Source: Candidatus Omnitrophota bacterium (lineage in GTDB: Bacteria; Omnitrophota; Gorgyraeia; Duberdicusellales; 4484-171). Taken from it: a stretch of DNA of 64,000 bases. Positions within the stretch are counted from its first letter, which is position 1. Each line of letters begins with the position of its first letter. Of the stretch, positions 36,860-44,671 are shown piece after piece. The stretch covers positions 325,464 to 389,463 of the forward strand of contig JBAWWL010000001.1 in the NCBI GenBank assembly GCA_037146775.1, written 5' to 3'. The translations under genes and the position numbers were made by a program. The notes below the pieces were generated by a model. That model was not told the origin of the DNA and ran no database searches. It saw nothing but the letters and a program-made list of their open reading frames with translations.

Positions 36860-37480
36860 ATGTTTGCTGCAAAAAGCGTAAAAGAAGTAATTGCATTACT
36901 GCACGTAGACGTCATCGCGGAACAAATCGAAAGCGTACACAAAATCATTCGGGAAAGCTACAAAGTCAAAAAATACGTTGTGGAGGACTATGAGGAATTC
37001 AAAAATGAGATTTCGAGGTATTACCAGTATCACTTCAGCATGTGGATAGATGCAGACTCAATAATGCCTCCTGATCTTGCACACACAAGAGCGCGCAACA
37101 TACTAAAGAATCAGCCAAACACAAATCTGCCAGAGATTCGAGACGTCTTGGGCAGCTCTGGCGAAAACGGCTACACAATATCTTACAAAAACGCAAAAAC
37201 AGGCCGCTACGGAGGACTAATAGGCGTTATCGACGCCCTTGCGGAAGGGATTAAAAATGACGCCATATCCAAATACGTCTCAGCAGTCTTCCTCGACTGC
37301 GTTAACCCAATGGACTTCGACAAAAAAATATATTTCATCCAAGAATACCTAAAAACGTACGGACAGATATTGCTTCCGGGGGAAGAATTCCTAAGCATAT
37401 ACGAACTAGCAAACGACCTAGAAGCAATAATACAAAACCACGTAAAAATAATAAACGAATTCAGAAAAAAATTGCAATAA
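36860..37480 (+). CDS. hypothetical protein, 206 aa
   Basis: ATG with AAGGGAGGTG RBS; the 5' extension in the ORF track overlaps the ATPase gene and was rejected. Confidence 0.45.
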   Translation: MFAAKSVKEVIALLHVDVIAEQIESVHKIIRESYKVKKYVVEDYEEFKNEISRYYQYHFSMWIDADSIMPPDLAHTRARNILKNQPNTNLPEIRDVLGSSGENGYTISYKNAKTGRYGGLIGVIDALAEGIKNDAISKYVSAVFLDCVNPMDFDKKIYFIQEYLKTYGQILLPGEEFLSIYELANDLEAIIQNHVKIINEFRKKLQ

Positions 37481-37787
37481 ATTGTGTTTTAAGCGCGGAG
37501 GTTTCTTGATGAGTCTGCTTCCAAGTAAGGCTATTAGTTATGCAGTGATTGTTTTTTTGTGCGCAGTGTTTTTTGGTTTAGTAATAAAATTTTGGTAAGG
37601 ACTTGGAGGTGTGTTGATTGATGAACAACAAGGCGCAGAGAAGTTTGGATGGTTTTGATGAAAAGAAGAGGTTGCAGCGTTTTTATGCGATTCTTCTTGA
37701 TGCAGACCTTGCATGCTTTTCTGACCTTATCGAGAAACGCAGGAGGTACAAGAAATAGTTCTTTACAAAACCCTACAAATACCTATA

Positions 37788-37988
37788 ATGTTTGCTATGG
37801 ACAAGAAGAGCAAGACTTACAACATTCCAAAGACGGCAGAGTTTCTTGGTGTGCATGAGATGACGATTCGGTATTGGATTCGCAAAAAATGGGTGACGCC
37901 TCAGCGCGATTACAGAAACTATCCTGTATTTACGGACGAGGACATAAAGAAGATTGAGCTGTGGCGTAACACTTTGAGGAAGCCATGA
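37788..37988 (+). CDS. excisionase-like HTH protein (candidate recombination directionality factor)
   Basis: 'IPKTAEFLGVHEMTIRYWIRKKWV' MerR/Xis-type HTH; 4-nt overlap with the recombinase start. Confidence 0.6.
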   Translation: MFAMDKKSKTYNIPKTAEFLGVHEMTIRYWIRKKWVTPQRDYRNYPVFTDEDIKKIELWRNTLRKP

Positions 37989-39619
37989 AAGTAGCGATAT
38001 ACACGAGAGTTTCTACTGAAGACCAAGTGCGTGAGGGGACTTCTCTTGAGGTTCAGAGGGAGTATCTTGAGGCTTTTGCCAAAAGAGAAGGATGGACAAT
38101 TTATTATCCTGAACGCGGAAAAATTTATATGGACGATGGTTACAGCGGGAACTTGCGGGATAGGCCAGCACTGAACCGGCTACTTTTTGATGCTAGGGCA
38201 AAAAAGTTTGACATTGTTCTGGTCTACAAGATAGATCGCTTTGCTAGAAATAATCGCATGCTCCTGAATCTTGTTGAAGAACTCAGCGAGCTAGAAATTG
38301 GTTTTAAAAGTGCAACAGAATCTTTTGATACAGTGAGTGCTGCTGGAAAAATGGCACTGAGCATGCTTGGAACAGTAGCACAGTTTGAGAGGGACAGAAT
38401 CATTGAGCGCGTATTTCCCGGAATGGTCAAAGGAGTCCAGCGCGGCAATTGGCAGGGCGCAAGATACTCGCCATACGGCTACAGCTACAACAAAGAAAAA
38501 AAAGTCCTCGAAGTAGTAAAAGAGGAAACGGAAATAGTCAAACTTATTTATACGATGTATCTTGCAAACCAAAGCACACCACAAATCGCGGGCTACCTAT
38601 ACAAGAAAGCATACAAGACCAGAAGCGGCGGAAAATTCCACACAAAACTCATAGGCGATATTTTGAAAAATCAGGTTTACTTGGGAAAGCTTGTGTGGAA
38701 CCGACACCACTATGACCAGAAGCAAAAGACAAGAAGGGGATACAAGTATGTAAAGAATGAAGCTTCGAAAATAATTGTTGCTGATGGAAGACACCAACCA
38801 ATAATAAATCCAGAAGATTTTTTGCTAGTACAAGACAAGCTAAAAGGCAACAGGCGAGGAGTCATGCATCGGGCAGGAGTAAAAGAATACCCCCTCTCAG
38901 GAATCTTGTTCTGCGCTAAGTGCGGCCACAAATATTTGGGAGCAGCAAACATATCTAATCATCGCGAAAAAATAAAGAAGAGATGGTACAGGTGCAACGC
39001 CCGCCAAGTACACTTCATCAAGTGCCCGAACAACTCTATTCGCGCAGAAATCTTAGAGCCACAAATTTATGGCATCATCGAAACCATCCTTCAACACCCA
39101 GAAACGACCTCTACGCGCATGCAAAACATAGTAAAGACGAGAATGGAGATAGGCGACACTGATCTCAAGGCAGAGAAAGAAGACTTGAAGGATGCTCTAC
39201 GAAAGAACCTTGAGAAGCAGCACAAGCTGAACGATACCTACTTAGCAGACCTCTTAGCAATAGAAGTATACAAAGACCAATCAATCCTTCTGCGCGAAGA
39301 AGAGAAGGAGCTAAAGAAGGCCATAGCCAAAGCAGACATGAAACTTGTCGAAAAAGAACGCTCACAAGAATACGAACGACTCCTGCGAAGAATTACAGAA
39401 AATTTTGAAGACACAAAGAAAAAAATAGATATAGTAACCAAAAAAGAGCTGCTTCAACTCGTATTCAAAAGAATAGTGGTAAATGACGGCAAAATAGAGG
39501 ACTTTGAACTATACAAGCCCTTCAAAAGGCTTTATGAGGAGCAAAAATGCAAGACAAAACCAATAGCGACAGCCACAAAGGACGACTCGTATATATTGCA
39601 ACCTACGGCTGTCAGATGA
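37985..39619 (+). CDS. large serine recombinase (integrase), 544 aa
   Basis: resolvase N-domain 'VAIYTRVSTEDQ...YMDDGYSGNLRDRPALNRLL...VLVYKIDRFARN'; recombinase domain; Zn-ribbon 'CAKCGHK...RCNARQVHFIKCP'; coiled coil. Confidence 0.9.
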   Translation: MKVAIYTRVSTEDQVREGTSLEVQREYLEAFAKREGWTIYYPERGKIYMDDGYSGNLRDRPALNRLLFDARAKKFDIVLVYKIDRFARNNRMLLNLVEELSELEIGFKSATESFDTVSAAGKMALSMLGTVAQFERDRIIERVFPGMVKGVQRGNWQGARYSPYGYSYNKEKKVLEVVKEETEIVKLIYTMYLANQSTPQIAGYLYKKAYKTRSGGKFHTKLIGDILKNQVYLGKLVWNRHHYDQKQKTRRGYKYVKNEASKIIVADGRHQPIINPEDFLLVQDKLKGNRRGVMHRAGVKEYPLSGILFCAKCGHKYLGAANISNHREKIKKRWYRCNARQVHFIKCPNNSIRAEILEPQIYGIIETILQHPETTSTRMQNIVKTRMEIGDTDLKAEKEDLKDALRKNLEKQHKLNDTYLADLLAIEVYKDQSILLREEEKELKKAIAKADMKLVEKERSQEYERLLRRITENFEDTKKKIDIVTKKELLQLVFKRIVVNDGKIEDFELYKPFKRLYEEQKCKTKPIATATKDDSYILQPTAVR

Positions 39620-40809
39620 ATGTTCGCGATAGCGAGGCGCTTCTGGGGCTTTTTTTAGAAAAAGGTTATAAACAAGCGCGGGGTTATGAAGACGCAGACG
39701 TAATCTTGCTTAATACTTGTTCGGTACGTGCTCACGCCGAACATCGCGTCCAGTCCATTATAGGCTCTTTTAAGAAACTATTCAGACTCAATACTCACGA
39801 CTCGCGACTAAATACTAAAAAAATAATTGGCCTTATTGGTTGCATGGCACGTAGTCAAGGCCAGGAAATTTTTAAGCGTATGCCGCATGTAAATTTGATC
39901 TGTGGGCCGGCAAGTTTGCATAAAATACCGGAATATGTAGATAGGATCTCAAAGCGCAAAGTGCAAAGTGTAAAACAAGAAAACAACTTACGAATAATTG
40001 ATTTAGAGGATATAGACAGGGAGGAAGAATTTTACGATGCTGGATTTAGGGTAGACTCGGATCATGCGCAGGTAGTGATCTCAACTGGTTGTTCTAACCA
40101 CTGCTCTTACTGTGTGGTTCCTTTTGTGCGAGGCGCGTTGCGCTTACGCGCTCCGCAGGATATTATCGCAGAAGTTAAGCGTAATGTCGTACTTGGTATC
40201 AAAAAAATTACACTTCTGGGGCAAAATGTGAATGATTACCAATTTAACCCACAGTCTATAGTTTGCGGTAGACACGCTAAAAATGTTATACTCAATACTC
40301 AATACTCACAACTCAATACTAAAGTTAATTTTGTTGATTTATTAAAAATGGTAGAAGAAGTAGAGGGGGTTGAGGAAATTGATTTTCTTACACCACATCC
40401 TAAAAATACGACCAAAGAACTATTTAAATTAATGGCCAAATCAAAGAAAATAAAAAAGTACTTACATTTGCCATATCAGGCCGGTTCTGATAGAATCTTA
40501 AAGCTTATGAATAGGGGTTACACCAAGAAAGAATATCTTACGTTAGCAAAGGACTATAAAACTATTGTCGGCGGCACTATAGGAACGGATATCATAGTTG
40601 GTTTTCCTACTGAAACCGAGGAAGATTTTCAACATACCAGAGATATTTTAGAAAAAGTTAAGTTTATGGGCGCCTATATTTTTAAATATTCACCCCGTCC
40701 CCATACAGAAGCTTTAAGCTTGGATGATAATGTTTCTTTGGCAGTTAAAGAAAAACGCCACAAGATCCTTTTAGATTTACAAAAAGAGATTTCAAATTCA
40801 TGCAGATAA
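39547..40809 (+). CDS. miaB: MiaB-family tRNA methylthiotransferase (radical SAM); C-terminal TRAM domain apparently absent
   Basis: 'VYIATYGCQMNVRDSE', 'LLNTCSVR', radical-SAM 'GCSNHCSYCVVP'; 420 aa; 5' end overlaps the recombinase 3' end. Confidence 0.75.
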   Translation: MQDKTNSDSHKGRLVYIATYGCQMNVRDSEALLGLFLEKGYKQARGYEDADVILLNTCSVRAHAEHRVQSIIGSFKKLFRLNTHDSRLNTKKIIGLIGCMARSQGQEIFKRMPHVNLICGPASLHKIPEYVDRISKRKVQSVKQENNLRIIDLEDIDREEEFYDAGFRVDSDHAQVVISTGCSNHCSYCVVPFVRGALRLRAPQDIIAEVKRNVVLGIKKITLLGQNVNDYQFNPQSIVCGRHAKNVILNTQYSQLNTKVNFVDLLKMVEEVEGVEEIDFLTPHPKNTTKELFKLMAKSKKIKKYLHLPYQAGSDRILKLMNRGYTKKEYLTLAKDYKTIVGGTIGTDIIVGFPTETEEDFQHTRDILEKVKFMGAYIFKYSPRPHTEALSLDDNVSLAVKEKRHKILLDLQKEISNSCR

Positions 40810-41531
40810 AATATATTATTTTAACCTTTGCGATACTATTGTTTCAGTCGGCAGCTTTTGCTTTTACTGTTGATGATGTATACAAGGATTATCTCAGTGA
40901 TGATTGTGAGTCGGCCTTAATAAAGGCAAAAAAGCTAAAGGAGGATGACGATGTATTGTATATATTAGGATTGGTGTATCTTAAAATCGGGAATTATCCG
41001 CAAGCGCGGGACTATTTTCAAAGATTACAAAATAATTTTCCCCGTTCCGAATTTTATCAGCAAAGCCTGCTTAAATTTGCTGACTCGTACTTTATGGAAG
41101 AGAATTTCCAAAAGGCAAAAACGCTCTATGAGCAAATTATTCAAAAATACCCTTCCTGTAATTACAAGTCGATGCTTTATCTGCGTTTAGCGCAGATAGC
41201 AAATAAAGAGGGCAACTGGGAAGAGAAGAAGAAATATACCAATCTTATAAAAGAAAAACATCCTCAATGCAGTGAGGTGCGTTTTATTGATACGCTTGAT
41301 TCTGGTTGCGATTTTTTTACCGTACAAATTGGAGCATTTAGCAGCAAAAAAAATGCCTATGCCCTCATGAAAGAAATTTCTCAAGAATATGAAGCATACA
41401 TCGCAGAGGATGCACGAGATGGCCTCACGCTTTATAAGGTTAGGATTGGTAAGTTTAAGGAGCGTAAAGAGGCGACACGCTTATCAATAAAACTTCTCAA
41501 AAAAGGATACCCTGCGCGGATATACCCGTAA
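40800..41531 (+). CDS. TPR-repeat plus SPOR-domain protein (secreted, peptidoglycan-binding)
   Basis: signal peptide, TPR-like helices, C-terminal 'FTVQIGAFSSKKNAYALM...LYKVRIGKFKERKEA'. Confidence 0.65.
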   Translation: MQIKYIILTFAILLFQSAAFAFTVDDVYKDYLSDDCESALIKAKKLKEDDDVLYILGLVYLKIGNYPQARDYFQRLQNNFPRSEFYQQSLLKFADSYFMEENFQKAKTLYEQIIQKYPSCNYKSMLYLRLAQIANKEGNWEEKKKYTNLIKEKHPQCSEVRFIDTLDSGCDFFTVQIGAFSSKKNAYALMKEISQEYEAYIAEDARDGLTLYKVRIGKFKERKEATRLSIKLLKKGYPARIYP

Positions 41532-41553
41532 TTAAAATGGCTTAAAGTATCTG

Positions 41554-42459
41554 ATGCCAAATATCATTTTTATCGTAGGCCCCACCGCTACCGGCAAAAC
41601 TGAATTAGCCTTCCGATTGGCTAAATCTATCAAAGCTCAAATTATTTCCTGTGATTCGATGGCTATTTATAAAGAGCCGCAGATTATCACCTCTAAGCCT
41701 ACCGAGCGTATGTTGCAAGAGATACCCCATCATTTTGTAAATATTGTTTCCGTAGAGGATACTTACAGTGTTTTTGATTACTTTACTTCTGCTACGAAAA
41801 CAATACAGGACATATTCGCACGAATATGTCCTGTAGTTGTGTGTGGGGGTAGCGGTCTGTATGCTAAGACGATCCTTGACGGTATATTCGATGGGGTAGG
41901 CGCAGATGCATCTTTGCGTAAAGACTTAGAAGAAAAAGCCCGTCATTACGGAAAAGATTACGTACATCAGGAGCTAAAAAAGGTTGATCCCGAAACAGCC
42001 GCAAAAGTGAATGATGTAAGAAGAATTATCAGGGCTCTTGAAGTGTACCATATAACGGGGCTGCCTATGTCCAAGAAAAAACAACAAGCAAAGGGGCTTT
42101 GGAGTAGCTTACCGATAAAAATATTCGGTGTACATCTTACGAGAGAAAACCTTTATGATAGGATACATAAGCGCGTTGATGAAATGTTTGAAAAGGGGGC
42201 GGTCCGGGAGGTTGAGGGGCTGCTGAAATTGAAATTGAGTCTTACCGCGGAAAAGATGATCGGAATAAAAGAAATCTCTGGATATTTAAAAGGGGAGTAT
42301 AATATAGAGAAAGCCCGGGATGAAATGAAGAAAGCTACGCGGCATTTTGCAAAACGTCAATTGACGTGGTTTAGGGCGGATAGGCGGATCGAATGGCTAC
42401 GGGCTGACGATTTAGATACCGAACATATTACAGAGCGCGTATTGGATAGTATAAAATAA
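41554..42459 (+). CDS. miaA: tRNA dimethylallyltransferase
   Basis: 'IIFIVGPTATGKTELA...QIISCDSMAIYKEPQIITSKPT'. Confidence 0.9.
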   Translation: MPNIIFIVGPTATGKTELAFRLAKSIKAQIISCDSMAIYKEPQIITSKPTERMLQEIPHHFVNIVSVEDTYSVFDYFTSATKTIQDIFARICPVVVCGGSGLYAKTILDGIFDGVGADASLRKDLEEKARHYGKDYVHQELKKVDPETAAKVNDVRRIIRALEVYHITGLPMSKKKQQAKGLWSSLPIKIFGVHLTRENLYDRIHKRVDEMFEKGAVREVEGLLKLKLSLTAEKMIGIKEISGYLKGEYNIEKARDEMKKATRHFAKRQLTWFRADRRIEWLRADDLDTEHITERVLDSIK

Positions 42460-42506
42460 TAAAGAGGGAATGGCCTTTTATCCGGCCGCTACCCCTAAAG
42501 GAGATT

Positions 42507-43775
42507 ATGCACGAAACACAAAAGCAGGAAAAAGCTATTCTGGTAATGGTAGAAATGGGAAAAGAGAAATGGTCCCACGAAATCTTAGCCGAGGAATTTA
42601 AGCATTTGGTTGTTTCTGCCGGCATTGAAGTGAAAGAGATGATAACGGCTAAACGCCACGAAGTGAATCCTGCCCTTTATATAGGAAAGGGTAAAGTAGA
42701 AGAATTAGCACTTCTAGTCAAAGAGGAGGGTGTTGATACGGTTATTTTCAATAATAACCTCGGTGTTAGTCAACAGCGTAATCTTGAGGATGTTTTTGGT
42801 GTTAAGACGATTGATCGTACCCAGCTTATCCTGGATATCTTTGCCGCGCATGCCCGCAGCCAGGAAGGTATTTTACAGGTTGAGTTAGCTCAGCTTGAGT
42901 ATCTTTTACCTCGGCTTAAAGGCAAAGGCACAATGCTTTCTCGGCTTGGCGGTGGTATTGGAACCCGCGGTCCTGGCGAAAAGAAGCTTGAAATCGACCG
43001 GCGATGCATTAGCGATCGCATTACCAGTTTAAAGTATGAAATAAGCGCGCTAAGCCAGCATCGCGAAACTATGAGGAAAAAAAGGGAAAAAGAAAATATC
43101 GCCATATGCTCGCTGGTGGGTTATACCAGTGCAGGGAAAACTACAGTATTTAACGCCCTTACTGAAAGCAACGAGAAAACATCCGGTTCTTTGTTTACAA
43201 CGCTTGATACGGTAAGCCGGGTATTCCCGGTGCATAATACCGTAAAAGCGATTCTTACTGATACCGTTGGTTTTATTTATAAGTTGCCGCTTAATCTGGT
43301 CGAAGCGTTCAAAGCGACGCTGGAGGAATTAAACTATGCAGACGTATTGTTACATGTGGTAGATGTCGCCAGCAATGACATTAATCGTTTGCTGAATTCT
43401 GTCGGTTCTACCCTGGAGGAGCTTAAGCTTGAAACGAAACCGACGATTCTGGTATTTAACAAAATCGATAAAGTGTCGTCGCAGTATGTAGAACAGCTTC
43501 AGCGCCAATTTCCCGAAGCAGTCTTCGTATCGGCATTAGAAAAAACAAATCTTGAGGTTTTGCGGGAACGGATATATCAGATGATCGGTAAAGACACGGT
43601 TGAGGCGATCATAAAGTTTCCTTTTACCCGTATGGAGCTGGTTAACTTTTTGCACGCCAACTGCGAAATTATGAAAACGAATTATCAAGAGAACGAAGTG
43701 GTGTATTGGGTGAAGACAAAACAACCCTTCTTGGCATACATAGCAAAACAGGGCGCGCAGGTTAAAAAAATGTAA
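42507..43775 (+). CDS. hflX: GTPase HflX
   Basis: 'GTRGPGEKKLEIDRR', G-domain 'VGYTSAGKTT', 'DTVGFI', 'NKID'. Confidence 0.9.
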   Translation: MHETQKQEKAILVMVEMGKEKWSHEILAEEFKHLVVSAGIEVKEMITAKRHEVNPALYIGKGKVEELALLVKEEGVDTVIFNNNLGVSQQRNLEDVFGVKTIDRTQLILDIFAAHARSQEGILQVELAQLEYLLPRLKGKGTMLSRLGGGIGTRGPGEKKLEIDRRCISDRITSLKYEISALSQHRETMRKKREKENIAICSLVGYTSAGKTTVFNALTESNEKTSGSLFTTLDTVSRVFPVHNTVKAILTDTVGFIYKLPLNLVEAFKATLEELNYADVLLHVVDVASNDINRLLNSVGSTLEELKLETKPTILVFNKIDKVSSQYVEQLQRQFPEAVFVSALEKTNLEVLRERIYQMIGKDTVEAIIKFPFTRMELVNFLHANCEIMKTNYQENEVVYWVKTKQPFLAYIAKQGAQVKKM

Positions 43776-43873
43776 AGACGCTTTTTTGTCTGCCCTCGAA
43801 AACAACGCCTGCCATCAGGTGGCTCGGCCACGTCATTATTGCTGTAGTTTTACAATACTGTATCGTACAATAT

Positions 43874-44122
43874 TTAATCGACGCGCAGATAACCCTGGCA
43901 AAGCCAGGGTTAAAATGCGCCAAAGATTATCTTCCGGGATGCCTTTATACCGTGAAAATTTTGATAGAAAATTTTTACGGAGCATCACGGAACCTATTGG
44001 CCGACGAGGTTGCGGGAAATTCTCTTCGACAATTTCCCGCATATCCAGCCGAGTCGGGAATATCCAGAGAAACCACGGGCTTTAGTTCAGCAGGCCGAAG
44101 GCCTGGTGGATAGCCCGTGGAG
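43874..44122. repeat. structured intergenic repeat, copy A (249 nt; contains a 69-nt insertion relative to copy B)
   Basis: near-identical to 51293..51472; hairpins 'ccctggcaaagccaggg', 'gcgggaaatt-N9-aatttcccgc', 'ggccgaaggcc'. Confidence 0.6.
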
Positions 44123-44161
44123 TTTAATTTAATAAATACTTCAATATTTTTTAATAAATAG

Positions 44162-44177
44162 TTTGAAATTTTTCAAA
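44162..44177. promoter_or_regulatory. perfect inverted repeat TTTGAAA-tt-TTTCAAA just upstream of the -35 of the MerR-like gene (candidate operator)
   Basis: palindrome read directly from the sequence. Confidence 0.35.
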
Positions 44178-44184
44178 TAAAATA

Positions 44185-44213
44185 TTGACAGAAAATTAAA
44201 AATATGTTATACA
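44185..44213 (+). promoter_or_regulatory. sigma70-type promoter TTGACA-N17-TATACA ending 9 nt before the ATG at 44223 (near-leaderless)
   Basis: consensus -35 hexamer, 17-nt spacer and -10-like hexamer. Confidence 0.45.
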
Positions 44214-44222
44214 TTATTTGAG

Positions 44223-44510
44223 ATGAGAGGAGGCAAGAAAAAAGCAAAACCTGGCTTTGAGATTGATATACCGCAGGACGAGCCGGTATTTCCTTTGAAT
44301 GTAGTATGTAATCTCGTGCACCTGCACTACTGGACATTACATGAAATTTTAAAAGAGGGGATAGTGGAACCGAGGAAAAAAGGCAAGAATAAAAAACTAT
44401 TTTCCTATCAGGACATTAAGCAGCTTAAATATGTAAAATACCTTATAGAAGATAAAGGGGTTAATATTAAAGGAGTAAAAATAATCTTAGAAATGCGAGA
44501 CGAAGAATAA
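44223..44510 (+). CDS. MerR-family transcriptional regulator, HspR-like (sits upstream of clpB)
   Basis: 'VFPLNVVCNLVHLHYWTLHEILKEGIVEPRK...KLFSYQDIKQLKYVKYL' MerR HTH architecture; position as in hspR-clpB loci. Confidence 0.55.
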   Translation: MRGGKKKAKPGFEIDIPQDEPVFPLNVVCNLVHLHYWTLHEILKEGIVEPRKKGKNKKLFSYQDIKQLKYVKYLIEDKGVNIKGVKIILEMRDEE

Positions 44511-44528
44511 AAAATTTTTGATCCGTAT

Positions 44529-44555
44529 TTAGCACTCTCAAGGCAGAAGTGCTAA
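44529..44555. promoter_or_regulatory. CIRCE element (HrcA operator) upstream of clpB
   Basis: TTAGCACTC-tcaaggcag-AAGTGCTAA against the consensus TTAGCACTC-N9-GAGTGCTAA (one mismatch). Confidence 0.65.
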
Positions 44556-44671
44556 GAAGGGTGTTATTTTTAAGATAGTACTTTCTAAACAATAGATAAA
44601 ATATTATTAGCCGGAAGGGTGATTTGAACAATATCTAATTAAGGGAAAAGTTTTGTCCAAGGAGGACAGAA

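Larger units (their letters stand above)
21328..39619. mobile_element. integrative element(s) bounded on the right by the serine integrase at miaB; left boundary unresolved (may be two tandem elements or extend left beyond the window)
   Basis: tyrosine integrase, excisionase plus serine integrase, replication-relaxation protein, MT-A70 methylase, transfer-type ATPases, shared promoter motif, many small ORFs. Confidence 0.55.

Noticed and set aside
43786-44085. 99-aa ORF (and antisense 43836..44042) covering repeat copy A
   Set aside because: The sequence recurs non-codingly in the dnaK-dnaJ spacer with the loop flipped. The ORF is therefore incidental to a structured repeat.
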